From the NCBI GenBank assembly GCA_964016885.1, contig OZ024741.1, positions 179,614,001 through 179,678,000 of the forward strand: a DNA stretch of 64,000 nt, written 5' to 3'. Below, one piece after another: positions 1-11,950 of the stretch. A program made the position numbers and the translations under genes. Each line of letters begins with the position of its first letter. The first letter of the stretch is position 1. This DNA comes from Eledone cirrhosa. Lineage: Eukaryota. A model generated the notes under the pieces. The model saw only the letters and a list, made by a program, of their open reading frames with translations, was not told the DNA's origin and did not search any database.

Positions 1-60
1 ACAACATACAACAGAACAAGGAAAAGGTCAATCTATACCATTAAATTAGTGTTACATAAT

Positions 61-385
61 TGTGTGGGTGTGTAGTTTAGCGTTCAGCTCACAATAGTAA
101 AGCCATGTTAAATTCTTAGACTGGGTGGTGATTTGTGTCGTTGAGCAAAACACTATTTCATGTTACTCCAGTTTATAAGTTGGCAAAAGTGAACTGTACC
201 TGTAATTGAAGGGGCCAGCAATGTCAGACATTGTGTCATGCTGAATCTCCCTGAGAACTACGCTAAGACTGCATAAGTCTGTGGAATGTAGATATGAAAC
301 AAATGTATAAGTTGCTGAACATTTACATTAATTTCACATGTAGACAATTCTGTTGATCAAATCAATAGGGGTCAGAAACGATGGA
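61..385 (+). mobile_element. Degenerate tRNA-derived SINE, family 2 (body ttgtgtcgttgagcaaaacact...ctgaatctccctgagaac)
   Basis: Shares head and body with the copies at 45660-45940 (+) and 42570-42887 (-); A/B-box-like head. Confidence 0.6.
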
Positions 386-1366
386 GGTCCAATTACACAG
401 TCCATAGTTATGAAGGTGTGTGGTTAAGTGTTTAGGGTATTTGGCTCACAGCCATGAGGTCATGAGTTTGGTCAATGTATAGGGTGGTGCTTTGTGTCTT
501 TCAGCAAGACATTTGAAACTGCTCTAGTTTACTCAGCTGAATTCAGGGCAAATATCAATCTATCATCATCATTATCACTTTATATCCAGCATGTGTTCGA
601 CAGGATGATTTGAGATAATGTTTTCCTGATGCCAACCCTTTTAGTCACCTCTTATGACATACAAGAATACAGTGTCTCTATTCTAAAGCACTGGTAAATC
701 CTGGTAAAAATTCCAACCTAAGGACTATGTATTTAGATAAAGTCTGTCTATGACTAAGGACAGATCAGACTGGATCTTATCCTCTGGTTCTAGGATACAA
801 GGCTGCTTATTTAAAAAACTTTCCATCATAATTTTATGTATGAACTTTTGTCAAGTTGTGATTCACACATCAGCTTAATAATGAGAAAATTAGATATATT
901 ACTAAATCCCTACAAATTCTTGATTATTTTCAAAAAAATTTTAAAATCACAATCAGTGTCTTTCATTAAAAATCATCATCATTATTCTTATCAAGCTGGT
1001 GTTAGGATCATCACTTGATAAGAGTTTATACATAAAACTATGATAGAAAATGTTTAGATAAAAATAGAACCAGGGACAGTTTCAGGCAGTTTAGTATCAA
1101 AAGTATTAAGTCTTAAATCTTAAGACAACATCTGGTGATATAATGAAAATTAAATGACCAGAACAGAAATATAATTGTATGGCTTGAGAATCTTTTTACT
1201 GATATGAAAAAGACTAGAAACAGTTCAGATTTTGGATTTTGGAATATTTGTATACAGCATCTATAAAACGGGATTGCTTGGAGATGGAAGCCCAATATCC
1301 ATTTACAATTTATAATACAGTTTATACATATATGCTGAAGGTAGTTTTATATAAATTATATATGCC

Positions 1367-1570
1367 TTAACACTTTAGCATTTACATTACTCTTTATTTA
1401 CTATTGTCTTTTCACAGTAAAGTCTTTCTCACATAAATATCTTACATAATATCAAATCTATAAGACTTTGATATTATTTATTTTGAGAACAATACCTTAA
1501 CATAGGTATGAGCAGCCAGAGGTGAGATAATTCTGGCTGGATATGGCCGGTTTAAATGCTAAAAGGTTAA
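1367..1570. mobile_element. TTAA-flanked MITE (piggyBac-like non-autonomous element)
   Basis: ttaa|cactttagcattta ... taaatgctaaaagg|ttaa terminal inverted repeats; homologous copies at 2767-2995 and 16416-16628. Confidence 0.75.
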
Positions 1571-1611
1571 AGGTAGTGCTTTGTGAAATTCATGTCGACA
1601 TTATTAGAAAA

Positions 1612-1800
1612 GGGCGGTGGATTGGCAGTATCGGTAGAGGGTTGGGTGCCATGCTTTGCAGCATGGAGTTACGGCCCTTTACGGTCTGAGTTCAAATCCC
1701 ACCGAGGTTAACTTTGCATTTCATCCTTATGGGGTCAATAAAATAAAGCACCAGTAATGCATTGGATTAATTGCAGGCCTTGTGCCAAAAAGTAGAAACA
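1612..1800 (+). mobile_element. tRNA-derived SINE, family 1 (core gttaactttgcctttcatccttacggggtcgataaaataaagtaccag)
   Basis: Head gggcggtggattggcagtatcggtagag, B-box gagttcaaatccc, flanking direct repeat attattagaaaa. About 20 copies or fragments in the window. Confidence 0.85.
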
Positions 1801-1849
1801 ATTATTAGAAAAACCTTTGGATTTTTGAATAACCTGCATTATGAAATTT

Positions 1850-2660
1850 GCTTCAAAACAATGTTTCTCAGAGATCCAAGTCATATTTCTCCCTTTTCAA
1901 TCCAAGATTTTGAATTGTCATCTAGAATTTTTTTTATTCAAGCACCATATTAACATGAGCGAGCTTTTCAAACCTCAATATTTGTATAGTCATAAACAAG
2001 ATTAAGTCTAAAGCAGCATTTTTTTGTGAACTGTAAATTCATGATGATCCTTATAGTTGGATGATTTGGTATTTCATTTGATATATATATATATATATAT
2101 ACACATACATACATACAGAATGTGCATTATAGTTAAATATATTGGTATTTCATTTGATATATACACATAATATACACTATAGTAAGGTATATTGATATTC
2201 CATTGATAAAACACACAATATACACTATAGTTGGGAAATTGGTATTTCATTTGAAATATACAGACAATGTACACTATAATTGAGCATATTGTTATTTTAT
2301 TTGATATATACATAGTGTGCACTATATTTGAGTATATTGGTATTTCATTTGATATATACACACAATGTACATTCTAGTTGAATATAGTAGTTAGTATTTC
2401 ATATGAAAGGGCGGTGGATTGGCAGTATCGGTAGAGGGTCGGACGCCATGCTTTCAAGCATAGTTACGTCCCTTTACGATCTGAGTTCAAATCCCGCCGA
2501 GGTTGACTTTGCCTTTCATCCTTACGGGGTCGATAAAATAAAGTACCAGTAATGCACTGGGTAATTGCTGGCCTTGTGCCTAAAGTAGAAACAAGTATTT
2601 CATATGATATACACATAATATGCACTATTCTTTCCAAGTATCTCCCTCTGAATCCAAACT
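1850..2660 (+). repeat. Dispersed repeat with an internal ~47-bp tandem array (tattggtatttcatttgatatatacac...), interrupted by a SINE
   Basis: Tandem units at 2067-2405; a homologous inverted copy lies at about 8975-9370. Confidence 0.65.
2407..2593 (+). mobile_element. SINE family 1, near full length, with 14-bp target-site duplication
   Basis: TSD agtatttcatatga at 2393-2406 and 2594-2607. Confidence 0.9.
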
Positions 2661-2766
2661 GATCCACTGCCTAATAAATATGCTGGGTTTATTGTTGGTT
2701 TCTATCTAGGATAGGATTGCTTCAATAACCATTAACTTTTAACACCCTGTACTGTATGAAACTGCA

Positions 2767-2995
2767 TTAACCCTCTAGCATTTACATTATTCTATATTTA
2801 CTATTGTATTTTTGTGGTAAAGACTTTACCTTACATACTTATCTCACATAATATCGAATCTATGAAATTTTGATATTATTTATGTTGAGAACAATACCTT
2901 AATATCAGTATGAGTGGCTGGTTATAGCCGGTTTGAATAGAAAGAGGTGAGATAGTTCTGGCCGGATATGGCCAGTTTAAATGCTAAAGGGTTAA
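2767..2995. mobile_element. TTAA-flanked MITE (same family as 1367-1570)
   Basis: ttaa|ccctctagcattta ... taaatgctaaaggg|ttaa. Confidence 0.8.
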
Positions 2996-3426
2996 CAAGA
3001 TATCCTAGAAAAGTACAAAACAGCATCATATCTGAAACACATTACAAATAATACTGCAAATTTTCAAAATGATCTGTCCACTAGTAAAGATATAGTAAAC
3101 ATTTGAATTAACAAGCCACATGAAACCACAATAACAAGACATTCTTAAAAAACCCATGACTGCATCAAATTAAAAAGTACAAAATAGTAGTATGACTGCA
3201 TCATATTACAATTAAATTGCTTTAAAAATGCAAATTTTCACAATGATCTGTCCATTAGTAAAGATACTATAAACGTTTGGATTAACAAACAAAGTGAAAC
3301 CACAATAGCAAAACATTCTTTAAAAAAACATGACTGCATCAAATTAAAGTCTTTACTTTAGTTAACTCCAAATTTTCACAATCTGTTAGTAAAGTCATGA
3401 TAAACATTTGAATTAATAAACCACAG

Positions 3427-3818
3427 CTGGAGAGAAATGAAGCAAGCATGGTCCGTTGGATGTGCAATGTCAATGTGCGTGAACGACCAAGCATAGACGA
3501 GTTGAAAGAGCAACTGTGTATAAGAGGGATAAGCTGTAGTGTGCGGGAGAGAAGACTGCGTTGTTATGGACATGTGATGTGCATGGAGGATGACCGCTGG
3601 GTAGAGAAGTGCCAAGAAATCCCAGTAGAAGGAAGACGCAGTAGAGGAAGACCACGAAAAACATGGGCGGAGGTGGTGAGAGCTGATCTCAGATCGCTGA
3701 AGCTCACGGAGATGATGACGAAGGACCGTGACAAATGGAGAGATGCTGAATAGGACCCGTCCCACCCTTGCAAGCAGGGAAAAGCAGACGTAAAATGATG
3801 ATGATGATGATGATGATG
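3427..3818 (+). mobile_element. 5'-truncated RTE-clade LINE 3' end
   Basis: ORF 3448-3753 has RTE C-terminal motifs (MVRWMCNV, RRLRCYGHV, RGRPRKTW). 3' UTR cccgtcccacccttgcaagc...gacgtaaaat followed by a (GAT)n tail. Confidence 0.9.
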
Positions 3819-4075
3819 AAACTACAAAACAGCTCTCTATCTGCATCACATTACAAATAGTCTACTCTAATATTGCAAATTTTCAGAATGACCTTTCAAC
3901 CAGGAAAGATATTATAAAGATTTGAATTAACAAACTTGTTTTTAAGTAATTGTTTTGCTAAATCTTTATAAGGCGTTAAGAGTTAACCCTGCTTAAGTAG
4001 AAATGAGAGGGTGGGGGGGTCTGCTTAACATTTACACCAACGAACTACACTAGAGAAAGAATGAGAGAGGGGGAG

Positions 4076-4115
<40 letters not shown>

Positions 4116-4432
4116 GAGGGGAGTTGGTATCATTAATGTTGTTAGGTGAACAGTCATTACATTTATTCAGTGAAATGGAATTCTTTGAAAGAGGCATTTA
4201 TAAAAGTGATTAGTGATATATATGTAGAGGGATATATAACCTGGAATGAATATAACTGGAATTTGGTGAGGCTTTGTAGCTTAATTAGTAAAGCACTTTG
4301 GGGTGTAGATAGAAGCCCCATTCCAACTATAATAACCGATTTTCTTCTGCTAGAAAACTATCTTATTGGAATTCCTAACCTCCCCTCACACCACCATACT
4401 TGGATTCCACATCCTTTGTTTGCTATTAACTT

Positions 4433-4625
<193 letters not shown>

Positions 4626-4732
4626 CACACATGTGTGTGTGTTTGTACATATACATGTACACACATATATCTTTATATATGGATAGATAGATACACATAT
4701 ATACACATTCTTAAATGATTATATATGTATAT

Positions 4733-5070
4733 GGAGGCACATGGCTTAGTGGTTAGAGCATTGGGCTTGCAATCGAAAGGTTGTGAGTTCAATTCTGAGA
4801 CTGGGTGATGTGTTGTTTCCTTGAGCACGACACTTTATTTCACATTGCTCCAGCTTACTCAGCTGTAGAAATGAGATGATAGGACTGGGGTCCCTATCAT
4901 TCCCCTGTAAAGTGGAAGTGTAGGCGCCACGGCAAAAAAGCACCCAGCACTCACTGTAAATGAGGTTGGTGTTAGAAAGGGCATCCAGCTATAGAAATCA
5001 AGTCAGAATCAGTTCCCGTCCCACCCTTGCAAGCAGGGAAAAGCTGACGTAAAATGATGATGATGATGAT
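4733..5070 (+). mobile_element. tRNA-derived SINE (family 2 head) with RTE-derived 3' tail
   Basis: Head ggaggcacatggcttagtggttag..gagttcaatt; 3' end nearly identical to the RTE 3' UTR at 3755-3818; second copy at 20974-21323. Confidence 0.85.
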
Positions 5071-5613
5071 ATATATATATATATATACATATGTATATTT
5101 ATATAATATTAGGGATACTATTTATGGTTATGTATATATTAAAACTTTTTATAGTTATGTATATTTTAAACCCTAAACAGTGAAGGTCAGTAATTTATTA
5201 CTACCTTATTACCAGTAAGATAATAAATGCTTTGAACATAGCTTTGATTCTTGTGAATTCTATGTATATTTATATATACATATGTATTATATACATAAGT
5301 GTATAAATATATGCATTTACAATATATGTATGCATGTGCATGTATGTGTATGTGTGTGTCTGTTTTTAAGCTGGTAGCATTTAAATATTTGTACTGTGTA
5401 TGTCCACAACTTTGCTTTTTGGTAAATGAAGTTTAATAAAATTAATAGACGACTTATATGTATTAGGGTTGATATGATCAACAAAATCCTTGAAGGCTGT
5501 GCTCCAGCATGACCAGAATGCAATGAAGGAAACCAACTAAAGAATAAGAGAATATATATATATATTATCATCATCACCATTGTTTAACGTTCATTTTCCA
5601 TGCTATATATATA

Positions 5614-5769
5614 TGGTTGCATTTTTTAAGGGTATGTCAATATTTATTTATAAAACTGATCTATATTGTATTTTGTCTGATGAAAGCACACCATAATTTA
5701 ACGTGGTGTCCTTGAAATATGTATAATAAAATAAATATGGTTTTATAAATATAGTTTCCATTTGTTAAT

Positions 5770-5775
<6 letters not shown>
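5614..5775 (+). mobile_element. Short TA-embedded element, family A (Penelope-like pLTR or retrozyme-like)
   Basis: Homologous to 22453-22620 (-) and 51130-51315 (-); contains a hammerhead core. Confidence 0.7.
5669..5733 (+). ncRNA. Candidate minimal type-I hammerhead ribozyme (family A)
   Basis: tattttgt CTGATGA aagcacacc-ataatttaacgt-ggtgtcctt GAAA t-atgt-a TA | ataaaata. Stem I is 8 bp with one G-U, stem II present, AUA triplet, predicted cut after 5725. Confidence 0.7.
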
Positions 5776-5811
<36 letters not shown>

Positions 5812-5813
<2 letters not shown>

Positions 5814-5894
5814 GGGTGTCTTTAAAATGTATACACATATTAGAATGCTGTTGAAGTGTGTATACAAATTTTGATCTTTTGGGGACACCCTGTA
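5812..5894. mobile_element. ~90-bp Tc1/mariner-type MITE (TIR cagggtgtc...gacaccctg) at TA
   Basis: TIRs seen; related copies at 10052-10142, 32211-32292 and 50884-50982. Confidence 0.65.
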
Positions 5895-5935
5895 TACATC
5901 TTATTGTGTGTGTGTGTAGATATTTATTTATATAT

Positions 5936-6017
<82 letters not shown>

Positions 6018-6744
6018 CCATTCATCTGCCTGTGTACTAATGTGACACTAATTTACAAATAAGAAAGACCAAGCAAATATTTCACAAAGTGTCACTGCCA
6101 AACCAACATAGGCTCAGTCTTAGAGGGAATGGAATGGTTTACAAGAGAAGCAGAGGAACTGAGAATCAGCAGCATCAAGAGGATGAAAGAGCATCCATTT
6201 GGAACAAATTGAGGACAAATGACAGCCACAGCAACAAAGACAAGTGAATCATACAATTGACTCATCTAGAATGTCTTTCAGATGGATAACAACATTGTTG
6301 TAGACATTTCCTAAATTTATGAACACTTCAAGATATACAAATGGAATGGTAGATATGATGCTTCTTTGTGTCTAGTTTCTAGAAGCATTGGATCAATTGC
6401 ATTGTGGAATTTGTTTCGACCTCTCTATGCTCTGAGTTCAAATCCCACCAAGATCAGCTTTGTCTTTTATGCTTTTGGGATCAATAAAACAAAGTACCAG
6501 CCCAGGAGCAGTGAATTGGCAAAATTGTTAAGGTATCGAATAAAATGCCTTGTGGTATTTGTTTTAATTCTCTGAGCTCAGAGTTCAAATCCACCTAAGG
6601 CTAACTTTGCTTTTCATTCTTTCAGGGGTTAATAAAATAAAGTGTCAATCCAAAGAGGTGGATTGGCAGAATTGTTTCAGCATCAGACAAGGTACCTTAT
6701 GGTATTTGTTCTGGTTCTCTGCATTCTATGTTCAAATCCTACAT

Positions 6745-7040
6745 GGGTGGGAGATTTAATGCCACCACCTTACCCTTTGATAGTAGATTTAATCTGTCAC
6801 CCAATTTAATACCTCCAGCTGGTCCTTGGGTAGTATATTTAATCCCTCACCCAGTGTAACACCGCCACTTTGCTCTTGGGTGATAGACTTAATCTGTTGT
6901 CCGATTTAATATCACTACCTTGGGTGGTAGACTTAATCTGTTACTCAGTTTAACACTATCACAAGGCATTTAGGTGCTTTTAGTGTAGTCTACTCTGTTA
7001 CAAGCATTTAAGCCAGGTTCCTGGTTTGAGTATACCTTCC
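6745..7040 (+). repeat. Degenerate ~45-bp tandem repeat (gggtggtagacttaatctg...) leading into a dispersed repeat also present at about 43030-43160
   Basis: Repeated units visible; similarity to 43033-43155. Confidence 0.55.
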
Positions 7041-7714
7041 TTCTGCCTTACAGCCAGGCCTGCACACCATGAAAAGGGTCATGAGCACTGCCATTGATTA
7101 AACAGTAGGAAAAAAGGGGGGCCTTTATGTGACTGATAACAAAAAAAAAAGCCAAAACACATGGATTATTATTATGCAAGTGTGGTGGATTGGCAGTATA
7201 TTGCCGTTTACGGTCTGAGTTCAATTCCTGCCGAAGTTAACTTTGCCTTTCATCCTTATGGGGTCAATAAAATAAAGCACCAGTAATGCACTGGGGTAAT
7301 TGCTGGCCTTGTGCCAAAAAGTATAAACAATTATTTATACTGTTTCCAAATCCAGCAAGAGAATAAAGCTCCAATTTTTATTGGATGTATGAGCAAATGT
7401 TTAATGTAGCAGGCCCCAAAATTTCCCATACCAAGGGGCGTAGATATAATTGAAGGAGCATTTAATTATGGCTCTTTATGTTCTGAGTTCAAATCTTGCC
7501 ATGGTCAACTTTGCCTTTCATCCTGGGATTGATAAAATAAAGTACCAGTTACACACTGAGGCAATATAATCAACTTCCCTGCAAAAAAAATTGTTATTTA
7601 TATAGTTTCCAAGTCTGGCAAGACATCAACATGAAAAAAAAAAAAATAAATAACAAAAAAACAAAAACATTGTATGTCAATGCTCCAATAATCACATGAC
7701 CTGCTTGAAATATT

Positions 7715-7921
7715 GATTTCTGATTTAGGCACAAGGCCAACAATTTTTTGGGAAAGGGAAAGTTGATTAAATCGACCCCAGTGTTTTACTGGTACTTTAT
7801 TTTATCGATCCCCGTATGGATGAAAGGCAAAGATATCCTTGGCGGGATTTGAACACAGAACGCAAAGGGCCATAACTCTGTGCCGCTAAGTATGTTGTCC
7901 GACGCTCTACTGATTCTGCCA
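7715..7921 (-). mobile_element. SINE family 1 variant
   Basis: Reverse complement of the core (ctggtactttattttatcgatccccgtatggatgaaaggcaaag). Other degenerate copies at 6370-6740, 7180-7600, 13190-13345, 14675-14820 and 15360-15580. Confidence 0.75.
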
Positions 7922-8199
7922 TAATATCTAAATCTCTGTCAAAACATGCTCTACCAACTAAAAAAAAAAATGAACAAGTTAAAAATGACATATATCTGAA
8001 AAATAAAACAAAAAACAGGGTTTGATCTGGAGCTAAACAATAACAACTGTATGGCAATGAGCCAATGAGAGAGCTGCTACAAAGTAACTTGACATGCTAG
8101 AAAAAGCAGCTAAATTTCCTTCAAATTAATTAAACCTTACCTACTAAAAAAGAAAGCAAATGGACATATTGGCAGCATATCAACTTCATAATCAAATGA

Positions 8200-8272
8200 G
8201 AGTAGTAGTGGTATTAGTAGTAGTAGCAGCAGTAGTCGTAGCAGTAGTAGTAGTATTACTAGTAGTAGTAGC

Positions 8273-8313
<41 letters not shown>

Positions 8314-8390
8314 CAGCAGTAGCAGCAGCAGTAGCAGCAGTAGTAGTAGTAGTAGTAGTAGTAGCAGTAGCAGCAGTAGTAGTAGTAGTA
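8200..8390. repeat. (GTA)n/(GCA)n trinucleotide microsatellite
   Basis: Seen directly; source of the poly-L and poly-V ORFs. Confidence 0.95.
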
Positions 8391-8574
8391 AACTGTATTT
8401 GCCTTTGGCTTCATGTCTAATTAAAGTACCATTTAAAACAGACAGTGGGGAGCTGACTTTATATAGTATATTTATTTTGATGCCCCCCATGTCTCTGAGA
8501 TCAAACCCCAAGAAGAGACATTTAGTCTTTGATCTCCTCCAAAGAGAAAGAAAAGTAAAACAAGTACCAGTAAT

Positions 8575-8765
8575 GAATTGTTTAACCAAGGGGGCATTGC
8601 CCATGACCCTTTTACTGTTTAACCAAGTATGGAAGGTCACTGCTCAGAATCCTTTTACTGTTTAACCAAGGAGGGAAGGGTACTACTCAAAACCCTTTTA
8701 CTGTTTAACCAACGAGGGAAGGCCATTGGTCACAACACTTTTCCTGTTTAACCAAGGAAGGAAGA
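8575..8765 (+). repeat. ~41-bp tandem minisatellite (ctgtttaaccaag...cccttta), about 5 units
   Basis: tgtttaaccaa recurs at about 8579, 8616, 8659, 8702 and 8745. Confidence 0.8.
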
Positions 8766-8974
8766 ACAGAGCTGATGACCCTTTGAGACTGTTGGGAGAG
8801 ATGGGGGAAGGTTTTCTCAAATTAGAGACCTGACCTGTATGATTGCAGCAGATTGAATACTGCTAAAAGTATCCAAGGAACATGTAGTGATTTTTAGTCT
8901 ACTCTCACCATCGTTTTTGTTTTTTAATTGCTTTGTCCAATAGTTTTCTAACTAGAGGCACTTTGCTCCCAGGG

Positions 8975-9370
8975 GAAGATTTTCAAATACAGGGAGGAAT
9001 CCAAAATGGAAAAGAATAGTGAATGTTGTGTATATATATACCAAATGAAATACCAATATACTCAAATATAGTGCACACTGTGTAAATATCAAATGAAATA
9101 CCAATATACCTAACTCTAGTGTACATTGTGTATATATATCAAATGAAAAACCAATATACTCAACTATATTGTATATTGTGTATACACCCAACTATAAAGC
9201 TGATTATGAATTAACAGCTCATAAAAAAATGCTCTTTCAGACTTTGAAAAGCTTGCTCACGTTAATTTGATGCTCAGGTGAAAAATTACTAGATGATGAT
9301 TAAAAAAGAGAGGGGAATTGAAGAAGCCTTGAATTGCGAGGTGAGGAATGTAAACTGGGTCTCTGAATAT
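8975..9370 (-). repeat. Inverted copy of the 1850-2660 dispersed repeat
   Basis: caaatgaaataccaata tandem units; ccaactataa..gaaaagcttgctcacgttaat is the reverse complement of 1950-2060. Confidence 0.7.
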
Positions 9371-9926
9371 CACTGGCTTAGTCAAACAAGAAAGGAAAGT
9401 GTTCATGATGCATTTAAAGACCTCCATCATTGGAAGGTTTAGAAGGTTTAGGAGAGGAAGTTATCTACATAGCAAGGACTTTTACTCTATGCCAAAATAT
9501 ATTGGAACTAATAAATATTTCCAAGGCAACATTATTTCCGATTCTTCTTTTTCTTCTGCTTCTCTTGTTTTTGTTGCCTTAATATATTGTATTTGAGTAT
9601 CGTTCACTCCACGACTATATAGTAAAGAGGTAACTCTGATACCGAGTTTTTCACACGTTATTGAACAGCTCCATGGATGACACAGTCGAAATAATAGCTA
9701 AGGCTTTTATGCATCTAGCATTGTAGTGATCTAAATTCCTATTTTATATATAAATGTATGTTCCATGTGCGTCAATACTCATCTTTTTCCATTTCTTAGA
9801 AGGTTCTAAACCACTATCAGGCTAAACCACTAAACCACTATCAGGCTAAAAAAATTCTTTAGTCAAAAAATACGGCGAAAGCTTCTATTTCTAATTTCAA
9901 ACTCACTCGCTGTTTTAAAAACATAC

Positions 9927-9975
<49 letters not shown>

Positions 9976-10149
9976 TCCAAACCCATGCAAGCGTGGAACA
10001 CGGACGCTAAACCTGATGATGATGATGATATATATATATATATATATATATACAGGGTGTCCCTCAAAAATGTACACACCATTCTAACAAATATTGCCTG
10101 TACAGGTAATCAAAGTGTGTATACATTTTTGGGATACACCTTATATATA

Positions 10150-11950
10150 CATTGTGATGTCATAGGGGAGAAGTGTGTCCATCATGATAATGGAGTGCAC
10201 ACCCTCACTGATGCTGAAAAGAAGGTAGCATGGAAGAGCCACTTTGAAAGACTACTAAATGAGGAGAATGAATGGGATGAAGATAGTTTGCTCCAAATTA
10301 ACCCAATAGAGGGACAGGCTGTGTAAGTTAGCAGTAGTATAGTAAGTAAGCAATGAAAGATATGAAGACAGGCAAGGCAGCTGGACCTTTGGGGATAGTT
10401 GCCCAGATGATGAAAGCATCTGGGATAGTGGGTCATGCCATAGCTATCTGTATTGTAAACCAAGTAACAGAAAACGGTATCATACCCAATGATTGGCATA
10501 GTAGCCTCATTGTCAATTGTTACAAGGGCAAAGGAGATGCTCTAGACAGAGAAAACTATAAAGGCACTAAGTTAGTTGACCAGCTCATGACAGTCACAGA
10601 AAGAATCATAGCACAGCTGATTAGGAACTGACTTAACCTAGATGAAATGCAGTTTGGATTTGTGCCAGGTAAAAGTACCACAGATGCTCTCTTCCTTGTT
10701 TGGCAACTGCAGGAGAAGTACCTAGTTAAATGTAAACCCCTCTACTTAGCTTTTGTTGACCTGGTAAAAGCCTTTGACAGAGTCCCCCATTCCATTATCT
10801 GGTGGGCTCTTAGAAAACTAGGAGTAGAAGAGTAGCTTGTGAACGCAGTTCATGCTATGTATAGAGGAGCAGACAACAAGGTTAGAATTAATAATGACTA
10901 TAGGGAAGAATTTAGCATGCTGGTAGGAGTTCATCAGGGCTCCATTTTTAGCCCTCTCCTGTTTATTATCATCCTACAGACTACAATGGCTCCCCATGTG
11001 AACTTCTGTATGCAGATGATGTCACCCTCATAGTTGAATCTATGGCAGAATTAGAGAAGGAATTCCAAACCTGGAAGCATGGCCTAGAATCAAAAGGTTT
11101 TAAAGTTTACTTGTCAAAGAATAAAGTCCTAGTACGAGGAATGAAAAACAGAGCCCAGATTCCCTCAGGGAAATGGTCTTTCTCACTGTACAGGAAAGGA
11201 GTAGGTAGAAATTCCATCCTATGTCCCAAATGCAAGCTATGAGTACATAAAAAATGTTGTGGAATCACAGGCATGCTATCAAAGAACTTAGGTTTTATAA
11301 GCGGCCGATGCATAGGTGCAGTAAGTAACAAGAGCCCACAAGATACTAGTGCCTTCAAATCACCAGATGGCTCTGTAGAAATAGTCGACAGTTTCCGTTA
11401 CCTGGGTGACCAAATTAGCAGTGGAGGAGGGTGTTCCGAAAGTACAGTAGCCAGAGTAAGGATGGGATGGAGAAAGTTCAGGGAGCTACAACCGCTACTA
11501 GTCACAAAAGGTTTTTCCCTCAAAATGAAGGGTAGATTGTAAGATGCATGTATATAAACAAAAATGTTGCATGGTAGTGAGACCGGCTTGCTGTGTGTAG
11601 AAGACCTGCAAAGATTGGAAGGTAATGAAGCCTGCATGCTCCAATGGATGTGTAATATACACAAATGTCAAAGCATAAATAAACTGAGAGAGAAATTAGG
11701 CATAAGAGGTATCAGATGCGGTGTGCAAGAGAGAAGAATACGTCGGTGTAGCAATGTGATGCATATGAAGGTTGACAGCTGTATAAAAAAGGTGCAGGGC
11801 AATCAAAGTTGATGGAAGTTATGGAGTAGGAAGACCCAGGAAGGCCTGAGATGAGGTGATAAAAGCTGACCTTGCACAATTGCACCTCTCAAAGACAATG
11901 ACACAGGATCAAGATCTTTGGCATTATGCAGTAATACAGAAGATCCACCT
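10150..11950 (+). pseudogene. Decayed 5'-truncated RTE-clade LINE reverse transcriptase ORF
   Basis: Successive ORF pieces: KTGKAAGPLGI, YKGKGDALDRENYKG, MQFGFVPGKSTTDA, FVDLVKAFDRV, GVHQGSIFSPLLF, LLYADD (11003-11020), FRYLGDQI, MLHGSET. Many stops and frameshifts. Confidence 0.92.

Larger units (their letters stand above)
2732..3986. mobile_element. TTAA-flanked non-autonomous DNA transposon hosting a nested MITE, a degenerate ~170-bp tandem array and an RTE 3' fragment
   Basis: ttaacttttaacacc (2732-2746) matches the reverse complement of ggcgttaagagttaa (3972-3986) at 13/15. Internal repeats at about 3010-3425 and 3820-3935. Confidence 0.55.

Noticed and set aside
1612-1705. tRNA-like A/B boxes in SINE heads
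   Set aside because: No full cloverleaf; they continue into SINE bodies with TSDs.
8137-8640. Poly-Leu ORF resembling a membrane protein
   Set aside because: It is the translation of a (TAC)n/(TGC)n microsatellite.
9400-9930. Possible Penelope RT coding remnant on the minus strand (also 51720-52010 and 21990-22150)
   Set aside because: No diagnostic RT or GIY-YIG motif could be read with confidence; needs a translated homology search.
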